Positions 25,201-36,642 of a stretch of DNA of 64,000 nucleotides are shown in pieces. The position numbers and the translations under genes were made by a program. Under the pieces are notes generated by a model. It worked only from the letters and a program-made list of their open reading frames with translations, did no database searches and was not told where the DNA came from. Position 1 is the first letter of the stretch. Every line of letters begins with the position of its first letter. This DNA comes from Podarcis erhardii (lineage: Eukaryota), in the NCBI GenBank assembly GCA_964252035.1, contig OZ176200.1; one strand, written 5' to 3'.

Positions 25201-28200
25201 CGAGGCACCACTGTATATATATAGAGTGTGTTTAGTCGTTTATATCCCATTGTTACTGTATTCCATCTTCTAGATAACTTTAGGCTGATAGGAATTATAC
25301 ATGTGTGTGCTTAATGTGCATATTCATGTATTAGAATTCTTTTACGGTGCATTTTTTTAGCTAGCAAATGATTGCAGTGTGAATCACAGAAGACTATAAC
25401 TACATTTTCAGAAGACCAGTGAAATATCATTAGAGTTTCAATATAATTGTTTGCTTCTGATAGTGACTCTTTAAATGTTGTGAGGATGAAATAGTACTGC
25501 ATGATACCTGACTCCTCTGAAGAAAAATGTAGAGGCTGATTTCTAGTGGAGTTCAGTATAAATCTTGACACAACCTGATCACCTTTCATGAACAGCCTGC
25601 AACATGATACTGCTCAAATAATCCAATATAGGGAAAGAAACCAAGAGGCCTTTCTGCCAAGTTGAGTGGCCTCTTGTAGAGGTTGGTGGTTATGCTATAT
25701 GTGATAGTCTCCTTCACTGCATATATGCAACAAGGAAATACCGCTCATTGGAGCAGTGAGGAAAATGAGGTGGGTCTGCACACAGTGTAGATTGGGGGAG
25801 GGGGGGATGTAAAAATGTGGTTCGATTACCCAGTCCTCCACAAAGAATGGAGAGGCAAAACGTCTTGTGCAGTAATAGATGGCAGTGAAACATGCATTCT
25901 CCTCATCTCAGAGAAAATGATGGGGAGCTTGGGGCTACATGAAATAGCTAGTCCTACTATACTCTTTGCTCTTCCTTGCAACTAGCAAAAAGAGCATGCT
26001 TCTTTTTGAGAAGCAGGTTTTACGTTATTACTTAAATTCTAGAAAATTATTATTTGATATAGGTGTGCTGCTATTCTGTTACGAAAAGAACTAATGTGGA
26101 GAATTGGCCCTGCTTTGCCTCTGCGTGTGCTCAGTGATATCTTGTGTCTTCTAGGACTCTGAGTTTAGTAATGCTGACCAGATGGATCTATATGACGACG
26201 TGCTAGCTGCCAGCTCACAACCTTCTGAAAGTTGCCCTAGCAGCTCCGAGCCACCACCCGAAAACCGTCAAGAGCAGTCTCCTAAGCCAAACAGCAAATC
26301 ACCTGCTATCCTGTATACCTACAGTGGGCTGCGTAATAAGAGGGCTGCTGTTTATGTAGGCAGCTTCTCTTGGGTGAGTGCGTTCCATAATCGGAGCAGA
26401 AAGTAAAGGGCCTAACAAAAACAAAACATTTGTGTGGAAAGGCTGCATCTGCACTTTAATCTTACTGCAGATGCACTGTTCTTTAATAGAGTATAGAGCC
26501 CCATGTGGGTGGGTAGGTTTTATGCTGCTTGCCAACCTCCGTCCTCACAACACATTGGATAAATAACTAGAAGCATTGTTCATTATGACACATTGCTCTG
26601 TTTAGGACATTTTTATCCTGCTTTTCTCACAAAGACTCAACAGTGGCTTCAAATAAGTAAGCTACAGCAACATAGTATTGCGTACTATGCTAAAAAGCAA
26701 CACATCTCAGAGTTGGAGAATATGATGCTCTTGCATTAGCAGGGTAACTTTTAAGAGAAGAGGATTTAACACATTTAAGATACATCAGAAAATATGATAA
26801 TAGTAGAATTGAGGCCCTTAAAACGCCATGATAGAGACATTTTCACAAAATTTTCTGTAGCTGGCATACAGGTATGAGAGTTTTCTCCTATGAATGAATC
26901 TCTTAGGACCTGAGTAAGTCATATTGGGCCTGCTGTGTCATGATTTAGGGTGTGTAGACTCATCACTGCCCTAAGTGCATGCAGTTCTCTTTAATACCTG
27001 TGGTATGTGTTGGGAAAGGGATTGCTGCTGCTGCTCCTTCAGTTACGTAGGTCTGTCTAGAACTTTCATCTTCTAGGAAGATACATGTTCACACATGTAT
27101 GTGCTCACACATCCGCAGCTCCAAAAGTGACTGTAGTGGGAGGGGTTTAATCAGATGTTCCTTCATTAGACTATAGCAGGAACAGTATAGGAGCTTGAGA
27201 AGGATGAGTTCTCTTACTAATATAAGATGTGGGTTCTCTAAAAGGTTTCAGGTTATAATGTAATTTTCTGCTTCTTCTTACATAGTGGACAACTGACCAG
27301 CAGCTGACCCGAATAATCCGTTCTGTGGGTGTTTATGATGTGGTGGAACTCAAGTTTGCTGAGAACAGAGCCAATGGCCAGTCCAAAGGGTGAGCACTCC
27401 AAGACTGCTCCATAAAAGGACCCATCATGCGGGGCTGTTATTGTGGGAGGAATGGTCTAGGGACCTGTGTGGTTGATAATGGTGTGCACATAAGTCTGGT
27501 TTACTTGCTATTTTTTAAAGGTGGCCTTAGAAGTCCCTGTAACTGTCCGGTTTGGATGCCACTGCCTTCAAACTAAACGACTACTTGTTATATGTGATTC
27601 ACGAAGGCGGTGGGCTCTGTCCAATTCTGCAGAGCGATCCCTTGTCAATGTGCTATTTGCTGCTGCTCTTAATGACAGCTTTAATTTGGAGGGCATGGAG
27701 CTGAAAATTCTGCACTGTTAATGACACTGTGCTTGTAGACAGCGGGGTTGGCCTGAGAAATCAATCAAATCGGGAATGAGAGAACCTTGGGCCTGTGGGC
27801 CACATCTGGCCGTCAGAGGATTCCCATCCAGCCTCCACAGCCTCTTGTTCTTGGCTCCTGGGCTGGCTGTGGAGGGCAGTGTTAGAAACTGGGATAGGAA
27901 TACTAGGAGCCATGTGGGTGCCAAACCAAAATGTGTCGTGGGCCATTTTTATTGCTCCCCCCACCAGACCAGGCAGCCCCACAGCAATAAAAATTAAAAA
28001 TGCTGCTGGGTGACTCAGGAGGTATGCAGTGTAGTGTGGCAGCAAAAGACAAGTCTTCTGCTACCTCTCTACCCTGCCAAACACCTGGTTCACCTGGCAG
28101 CGGGGCAGCAGCAAAAAACAAAGACAGATGGAGATGCTAGGCACCAAAAGTGGCACCTGGACATCTCCATCAAGTTGCAAAAGGCCAATTGCAAAATGTG

Positions 28201-31200
28201 ACTGGTGCCCGCTAATTTCAAACCCTGGTGGAACGAGCTCTCTGTCTCCCAAGCTATCACAGAAGGAGGCACAGGAACTTCATCTGGATAAGTACTGCAG
28301 TGGGAGATAAAGGGATGAAACCCCTTACCTCTCGCTCCTGACATGGATTGGGCCCCCACACCTGCAATTTGCCTGGAGGGGGCACTCACATAGGAACAAA
28401 TGGGAGGTTTTCCCTCAAAGCATCTGTGTGTATGCGAGAGAGATAAATGTAATGAATGGTGTGAGCTCATATGTGTGAGCAGATGAGGATGTGGGGGGTG
28501 AGAGAGGGAGTGTTGTGGCCCTGTCCAATTTTTCCTCCCATCCCACCCACCAATGCTATATAGCAGTGACATTTTGTAGACTTTGGGTGGGGGAAGATTT
28601 CTTGTCTTGGATTAGATGGTATTCCTTACTAGAAGTTGCTGACAGTCTTCAGCTCTTTTTCCTCTGTGACCAGGTACGCAGAAGTGGTGGTTGCCTCTGA
28701 GAACTCCGTCCACAAACTTCTGGAGCTGCTACCAGGGAAGATTCTCAACGGAGATAAAGTGGAAGTGAAGTTGGCTACCCGGCAGAACCTTGCACAGTTT
28801 GAGGCTCAGGCTCGAAAAAGTAAGTTTAGATGGGGGTTGCGTTTGCCAAGTAGGGAACAAGGCAGAATTACAGGGCATTGGTTAGGTCTTAGAGAAACCT
28901 GAGCAGAGCTTTAAGCCAGAAACAATTTAAGTTACAGTTGGATGTGTATGAATATCCAGGGAGTGTCCATGTATATTTTCTTTTTCTGTTGCTGCTGAGT
29001 GACGCCCAAGTAGATTTTATTATCCCCTTGCATGATTTGTTGCATGATTTGAGGCACGCTTCAAACTGAATGGGCTTAAGCTATTGAAGCTGTTATAGCT
29101 AGGACCACCCCCAGCTCCTCTCTGAACCTTCTCCAGAATTTGTGCAGCCCTGAAGAGGTAAGGTGCCCTGTATTGGATGCAGTGCTCCAGCTGGGGCCTT
29201 ACCTCTTGGTCATATAATTCATTTACCATTATTTATAAAACACATATCCCACCCTTTCTCCCAAAGGAGCCCAGGGTGGCAAAGGAGGACCATAATAGAT
29301 GGCCCTGCTTGTCAATTTCTGTAAAAGGTATGCTGTTGTATGTACTATCTGACTTAGTAAGTGGAGAAGAGGGACAGTTTCCTCTGTTGTTTGCAGAATT
29401 AATCTGGACAGTTAGGATCCACCGTTTTGTATGATCCTGTCATAGTCTCAACTGACTATAGAGTTGCAGCCTTGTCAGCTTCAGCTCAGCTGCGTTTTAA
29501 TGGCCTCCATGTTCTGCCCTAGAAAGTGACTGAATTTCAGTGCAGAAAGTCATGTTGTTCCTGTGTCCCTTATCTCCACGGGGTGTCATGGTGCCTGTGG
29601 TCCATTTCTCTGTGGTAGGAAGGTCAGTCATTGTTGTTGAATCATAAGATGAAGCAGAGCTGCTTTTAGCCCTCATCAAGCTTTTCCCTGTGAAAAACTG
29701 CTTAAAGGGGCTTATCTTATCTTCACTAGGAGGTCGCGCTGGTGAATGGCAACGCCTGACAGTAACCATGGCACGTCACCATTTTTGACAAGGCCTTCGT
29801 AAATGACTTCCACCACTTTGTGATTCCTCGCCCAAAGGGCCTGAGAAATACAAATTTGTTGTTTTTAGTAATTTTATTTACACTCTGCCTCTCTCTAGCC
29901 CCCAAAGTGGCGAACTGTAAAGCAGACAAGCCAGTACGATAAAGAAAAACACATGCACAAGTTAAACGTTTGAAGTTCTCTTTATTGCACTCTCCTATTT
30001 ATCACAAAGGAAACCTAAAAGTGGCTTCCGTTCGGTGACCATGAAGTGAATTTTTAATGTAATTCAGACACGTGCTGAGTTTGAAATATGAATGTTATTA
30101 GATTATCCCAAACTTGCTGTCACCAAGTCTCATGTGGTGATGGTATAACAGATTTCTGTGACCCTAATTATTGTGTGTCATTGCAATTGTATGATCATGG
30201 TTTTTTTCTTTTGAAATGTTTCTCAGCTATATTTGCAATTAATTAATTTTGCCACATTGGGACAAGATCGCAATATGTTTCAAAATCCATCTTCTCAACA
30301 TTCTCTCCATGGTTTTTTTTTAGTTCTTTTGATTATTGATTTCTTTCAATTATGCTTTAGATTCTCTATCTTGAATAAAGGTCTTAATTTTTTAAAAAAA
30401 TAATGTATCAAATCTCATAACATACTATAGTTGAGCTTATTGTACATTAAAATTCCAAATTAAGATGACACAGCTTTTTTTAACCTGGAGTTTTTGAAAT
30501 AATATATTTTTGCTTTACGCAGACATTGTAAATCTTTGTAAATACTTCCTGTAATGCCCTTCCATATTATTGCCATCTTGGTTTGTGTCAAATAAAGTTG
30601 ACTCTAAGTACAGTACTTTGGTCAGCATGGCTTGATTATTTCTCTGGGGTCAATAACTCTTCATTGGGAAGAATAAAGGAGTCATGTTTCCAGATTTAGG
30701 AAGCTTTCTGACTTTGAGGCCAAGCAACCGGCCTGGTGGGGCAATGGTGGATAGTATTGATTGCCTTCCAGTACTTGGGTATTGTCCCCTTGTTTTTCTA
30801 ACGTTGCATTTATTAAGAATGTAGATTTCTTAATTGTAGCCAGAAGTATTAATGACAACTGAATCTAGTTTAATTCATTAGTCAGGATCTGCTGATGTAT
30901 CTAAAACTATATTGCTCTCACAAGGACCATAGGTTTTCTTCCATTCCACAGATAGTTGCTTATTTCAGTTGCTTATTTTATGTAGAAGGAGATGCAGTTT
31001 GTATTACAGATTAAGGTTCAGAGACTTCTCTACATCTACATTTTGTATTCTATGAGAATGGAAATGTTGATTATTTTCTGGATGTAGTGGAAAACACTCA
31101 GTTTGCAGTAGGTGTTCAGGAAGTAGTTCAGTGACTTAAAAGTAGCAATATGTATATAAGCCTGTTGATATTTGCCTTTATATAAAGCAACGTATACGCA

Positions 31201-34200
31201 TATATTGCAAGGTAGTTGATATTGGCATATTAGGTTTTAATATTTCAATTTATTGAAGAATTCTACTAAAATAACCAAATGTTCTGCTGAGTGTATTCAC
31301 TAAGCAGTAGGTTCCTGAGGTCATTATTTCAGGGGACAGGGGGAGGAGTGGGAGTTAAGCATATCTCCCAAAATTATGGGTCTTGAGGATTCTGTATAAT
31401 TGTGTAGTGTTAGAATGTTCAGTTTTCCACTCATTAGAATACTTATAATAGGAAAGGAGTAGGGATAACACTATAGCCAATTAGTGATTTTACTGAAGAC
31501 CATTCTTGCATAATCCAGTGCTTGTATAGTGTTAGCCAGAATTTCAGACACATTTTACATAATTAGTTAAGAGAATTAGCTCAGTGAGAAGGCCATTCAT
31601 GTACAGTTTTGTAGCTGTTGCCTGCAGTTTTCAGAGGGTAGAACAATTGCTTTGTCTGCAGAAGTTTCCATATTTAATCCCTGGCATCGCCATGTAGGAT
31701 TGGAAAGAGTCTTCTCTGAAGTCCCAGAGAGCTTCTGCCAATCAGTGTAGACTATACTGAACAAGATGTGTCGATCACAGAATCAGAATTGTAAATGTTC
31801 TGACTTGGATTAAGTCAACTTCCAAGTTCCTAGTCATCAAATGATAACCCATTTGTGGTGTTACGTTTGCACATTGGGCTTCCATTAACACATTGAACTC
31901 TGCTCATGCAGCATTGGATACAGCACCGTCTATTTTAGTTGTCACTGTACTAAAGTGTGGGTTAGTCAAATATTCTCCTTATATTCAGCATGGTTTGATT
32001 ATTTTTTATGCTGTCTGTCACATTTTCGTTCTTTTCTCTTGAAGCTTCCTGATTTTGCTTTTCCTTAAATGAGAAAGTTCAATACATTTGTCTCTGATAG
32101 TATGTGATGTTCTAATCAGTTACATTAAAAATGAATATTTTAATATATCTTTTTATATAATATAACATACTGACTATGGCTAAGATGTAAACAACATAGA
32201 CACCAGTTCAGATTTCACCTTGGCTATAAGCTCAGTAACTAGGTAATATTAGGTAAGCCACACTTTTTCAGCCTAAACACCTATCTAGAATCTTTGCGAT
32301 AAAGATCTGTCAAGTAGCTTTATTAGCAAGTTTACTGTGCTAATACATAAAGCATTTTGAACACACTATAAGCACTATATGAATGATAAGTATTACTTGA
32401 ATGCTCAGGCAAAATTTATTTCGCTGAAAGTGAACAATGTAAAATACACTCAAGACATTCTAAGACCATAAATGAAATGTTCTCAGTTCAGTTTGGACAC
32501 ACTGCTATTGTAAAGTGTAATTAAAGTTAAGCATTGATTTAGCATGTTATGCTGCCTGTCCATCTGACTCATAATCAGTGCATGATACAACTATCTCTGT
32601 CAACTCAGCACACAACACTTAAGAGAGCTCTTACAGGTCTCTTGGCCAAGACTGGGAATGCCCAGTTCCAGAGCAGGAAGGTATCTCTCTAGATACCTCA
32701 ACATTTGCCCAAATCAACCCAAAAATCTGTGTGCACATACCAATAAAACCTACCTTTTCTCACATGTATGAGATAAGAGTTCTGATATTTGGGCAAGATG
32801 TTATTGCAATTCAGGGGCATGATGGTTGACATGGGTGTACTTACTGGAAAGCGGGGAGAGGGTTATTTTGTCAGAAAACTGACCTACCCAACTGCTACAG
32901 TGTTGAGCGCTTTTCCTCTTCTGTGATGTCTGACAGGGGTGCCTCCGAGGGCTCACTCAAGGGATTCCTCCGACTCGGTAGATGGCCGAGCCACTCCGAC
33001 AGAGAATGCTGTGCCGCCGCCACGCATTGAGAAGCCTCCTGTGTTGCCTTTCTTCAACCGCCCTCCTTCTGCGCTTCCTCTCATGGGGCTGCCACCTCCA
33101 CCCATACCACCCCCTCCTCTTTCCTCAAGCTTTGGGGTTCCCCCTCCCCCTCCAGGAATCCACTACCAACACCTCATGCCCCCTCCCCCTCGACTTCCTC
33201 CACACCTCACTGTGCCACCTCCTGGGGCCGTGCCACCTGCGCTGCACCTCAACCCAGCCTTCTTCCCCCCACCCAATGCAGCAATGGGGCCCCCGCCAGA
33301 CACCTATAACAAGACCTCTGCAGCATACAACCACAGCAGGTGAGAGCAAGCCCATTCCCGGGAATCTGAGAAGAAAAAAAATCAAAACTAAGCAGTGCAA
33401 AGAACAGTAGCTAAGCCTCTTGTTTAGCAAGGCTGCAGACCTAATTCTCCAAGGGCTTAGTTATTTTGTTTTTATGCAAAGAGTGATGGTTCGACTAGAC
33501 ATGAAACCACCTTCTCGTTGGTGGTAGAAAATGTCTCGTATAGCTCTAGAGCACGACAGCTGACAACTTGGTTCTTAAAGGATGCTACTTAATGTCTGCT
33601 TTGGGGGGGGCAGTACCTGGTCAACCACACATTGCTGTTTTGAAAGGCCTTGAATTGCCATGTCTATGAATAAGGAACTGTGTCATAGTTCTGCTTGAAG
33701 CTGCTTATCCTCTGTGTGTGATGGGTGTGTGTTTGCGTACTACAGCCGGGAACTGGGCCCATTGCCACCTCCTGTCAGTGAAGCTGAATTTGAAGATATC
33801 ATGAACAGGAATCGAGCAATTTCCAGCAGTGCCATTTCCAAAGCTGTGTCTGGTGCCAGTGCAGGTAACCAGAGCTGGCTTTTGCTACCTCTTGCCATTT
33901 CTCACTCCTGGTCTCATTCTTACCATGCCGCCTTTGCTCTGTTATATTGCAGGAGACTACAGCGATGCCATTGAGACCCTGCTCACAGCCATCGCTGTGA
34001 TTAAACAGTCACGTGTCGCAAATGATGAGCGGTGTAGAGTCCTTATCTCTTCACTCAAGGATTGTCTTCATGGCATTGAAGCCAAGTCTTACAGCATGGG
34101 CACCAGCAGCAGCTCCTCCAGGTGAGCTTCAGGCACAGTTATTGCCAAGTCATCCAGCTACTGTCACTCATGTTGCTGATGAGCAAGTCTCAGTTGTGCT

Positions 34201-34477
34201 CTGGTCCCCTTCCTGGGCTTTGTACAGCCAGGTAGGAATAAGTGTTTTTGGTAGGGGAAAGGGTCTTGTTACAGCTTGCCAGTAACTAGATACCTCATTG
34301 TTTTCCAGAAAACGGCACCGGTCTCGGGATAGATCACCCAGTCGGTCTCGTGAGAGCAGCAGGAGGCACCGAGACGTCGTCCATAATGAAGATCGGCATG
34401 AAGACTATTTCCAGGAAAGAAGCCGGGAGCATGAGCGACATAGAGACAGGGACAGAGAAAGAGACCGACATCACTGA
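16229..34477 (+). CDS. CPSF7: Cleavage and polyadenylation specificity factor 7 (CFIm59), complete, 460 aa
   Basis: Coding exons 16229-16282 ([18 protein letters not shown]), 26155-26373, 27286-27389, 28674-28819 (RRM), 32937-33339 (Pro-rich), 33746-33864, 33953-34121, 34309-34477 (RS/RD tail ...DRERDRHH*). All GT-AG, 1383 nt in frame. Confidence 0.97.
17130..17350. mobile_element. Penelope-like remnant with inverted duplication; hammerhead motifs broken
   Basis: Near-identical to 2184-2376; plus-strand motif 17258-17295 has GAAA->AAAA, minus-strand motif lacks CUGA. Confidence 0.7.
17630..17825 (+). mobile_element. L2 LINE ORF2 C-terminal fragment
   Basis: Frameshifted DYC...VGLP...LQ.VQNA.ARLL and [27 protein letters not shown], resembling the L2 motif LHWLPV..RI.FK. 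Confidence 0.65.
18138..18322 (+). mobile_element. Squam3-type tRNA-SINE
   Basis: TCAGTGGCAGAGCAC head; CCAGTCAGTCTAGCAAATACT..TGGTCTGACT body; boundaries approximate. Confidence 0.55.
20783..20975 (-). mobile_element. Squam3-type tRNA-SINE
   Basis: GGAAGCTGCCTTATACTAAATCAGACCAT...CAGCTATGGCCC is the reverse complement of the same family. Confidence 0.6.
23500..23785. mobile_element. Tc1/mariner MITE
   Basis: TA-CAGTGGTGCCTCGC...GCGAGGTACCACTG-TA; internal repeats of TCTTGCG and GCTTAGCG. Confidence 0.85.
24860..25213. mobile_element. Tc1/mariner MITE related to 23500 copy, in a (TA)n run
   Basis: TA-CAGTGGTGCCCCGCAAGACGAA...TTCGTCTTGCGAGGCACCACTG-TA. Confidence 0.85.
29020..29230 (-). mobile_element. 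CR1 RT fragment
   Basis: [15 protein letters not shown]...ILEKVQRGA in the minus frame. Confidence 0.65.
31630..31815 (+). mobile_element. Squam3-type tRNA-SINE
   Basis: TTAATCCCTGGCATC...CCAATCAGTGTAGACTATACTGA; boundaries approximate. Confidence 0.5.
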
Positions 34478-34955
34478 GAGAAGTGAGAGATGTTTCTAGG
34501 GTGCTTTACCTTTCCCATCCCCTCCACCCCTACCCAGTGTATTTTCCTTTCCGAAAAGAGCACCCTGCTCTTCAAGTTGAGTATCATCCCTCTTGTAGAT
34601 GCTGGCTAGGTAAGGTTGATTTCCCTTATGCTCTGGAAGCCTTTCCATGGCATAATCTCACACTTCTCTCCAGTGAGTGTACTGGTCATGCATGGATCTT
34701 AAGCTACCAGGGCAAATACATATTGTCTTGCGTTCTCCATGCAGTATGTTCTGCTAGGCAAGATTTTTCAAAAATAAGGGAGTTGTCTGCTCCCTGATTG
34801 ACTTGCCCTTTGACTACATGCTTGAGCTGTTTATTTTCTAATTTAGTAGATTTTTAGTATATTCAGCTGGGCCCTGAATGACTATGTGTCTCAGGCCAAC
34901 TATGCAACTTTGTTAGGGTACTTTTCCTTATTCCTTGTACTGTGACCGTGGATTG

Positions 34956-35546
34956 CCGTATTTTTCGTTCCATAAGATGAACTTTTTTCTTCCTAAAAAG
35001 TAAGGGGAAATGTCTGTGCGTCTTATGGAGCGAATGTGTAGTCCCTGAAGCTGAATTGCCATGGGGCGAAAAGCAGATCATGCTTTTCCTTTTCTTTTTC
35101 TTTTTTTGAAAGAGGGAAGTGGGTGTTGAAACAAAGCCGCTGATCGGCAAGCGATCAGGAGGGAGATCAGAGATGCTAGCAATAAAGGAGGCTGCCTGGG
35201 ATGGGGGAGGTAAAAGCCCATGGATCCTCAGGATTTTTGCATTGGGTCACCCAAAATTCACCATCAGATCACATAGCATGTCCATGGCTACAGCCTGCAC
35301 CAAAAAAATCATGCACCCACTGTTTCGTTGGGGCCGCAGTGGCGCAAAAACGTGGTTACAAAGCATGGATCCACATGGATTCTCAGGATTTTTGCATTGG
35401 GCTACCCCAAACTCACCATCAAATCACATGTTTGTGGCCACAGCATGAACCACAAAAATCATACATCCACTGTTTCATTCAGAATATTTTTTTTCTTGTT
35501 TTTCTCCTCTAAAAACTAGGTGCATCTTACGGAGCGAAAACTACGG
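34956..35546. mobile_element. Non-autonomous Tc2/Kanga-like DNA transposon in the CPSF7 3'-UTR intron
   Basis: TIRs CCGTATTTTTCGTTCCATAAGA / TCTTACGGAGCGAAAACTACGG-TA; internal ~150-bp degenerate tandem duplication (35218-35480). Confidence 0.65.
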
Positions 35547-36642
35547 TATTTCTGTAGGTTAGAATCAGATGCTTGGTAAATGTGTCAAGGGCCCAGTCTA
35601 TATATTGCAATAAGTCATGGTTACTGTGAACTAGTAGCATGCTAATGCAAACTGCTCAGTAGCTGCCAGTTTGCTGCTGCCCTGCCATGAATGACAGCAA
35701 TAATCTGAACAAGACACAATCCACAAGCCAAAGTTTATTCTTGACTTACTGACTATTGTTAAAGAGAAACAAGCTGTGATTCCAATGTGCGTGTTAATGA
35801 CAAGCCAATCCCATGGCTTATTGCTCCCAACCATGCCATGGGAGAAGTAAAGTGGGAGTGCTTGGGCAGTTTTGTTTTTAAGTTTGTGCACAAAGCTACT
35901 TTTGCCCTTCCCGACTGTATTGATTGTGTCTGAGGCTGTACCTCTGCAAGCATTAAATTCAGATTCAGTCATCATTGGTGTGTTTGATTTATGGAATCCC
36001 TGATGAGCCGAGCTATGAATCACAGACGTAACTATCTCTTTGAAGAGTTTTTACCGTCTCTGTGTTCATGTTTGCTGGTCTTGTTTGCCTCTTTGTAAAG
36101 CAAACCAATAAACCCACCAAAAATTCAACTGACTTATATTACTTTGAATTCTCAGACCTAGCATAAGGGAGAGAAATTGCAAAAAAAAAAAAAAAGAGTT
36201 CAGATCTTTTATTTCAAGAGGGGCATCACAGACTAGTATTGGTAGAATAACTTCTCTAACTTGAAAATTAGCCAATTTTTTCCAATGGCAATCTGCCTTG
36301 GGTGCCCTGGAATAAAAAGTGGAGTAGAAACTACAAAAATAAGTAGAACATAGCCTTGCAATCTCACCACCCACTTTGCTTTATGATTGTGACTAGCACC
36401 TAAGGTGGCGATGAGTCTGACTTGAGAGTAAGTTTGATTCAGTGGGTAAAGTGCTGAGTCTAATCCAGTTCAGCCATGAGCTAAGACAAGCCTGTAGCTT
36501 TGGTTCCCTATTGCATGTGGAAATAACTGTGACTTCCCCACGGAGTTACAGTCCAGGGTTAATGGGCAAAATTCTCAACAAACCTCTTTGAAAGTGCTAT
36601 AGAACTTACCAGCATTTCCAATTTTGTTTTGTCTCTTTCTAG

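Noticed and set aside
35218-35480. ~150-bp tandem duplication as a novel array
   Set aside because: Two degenerate units inside a TIR-bounded non-autonomous transposon; no repeat-spacer structure.
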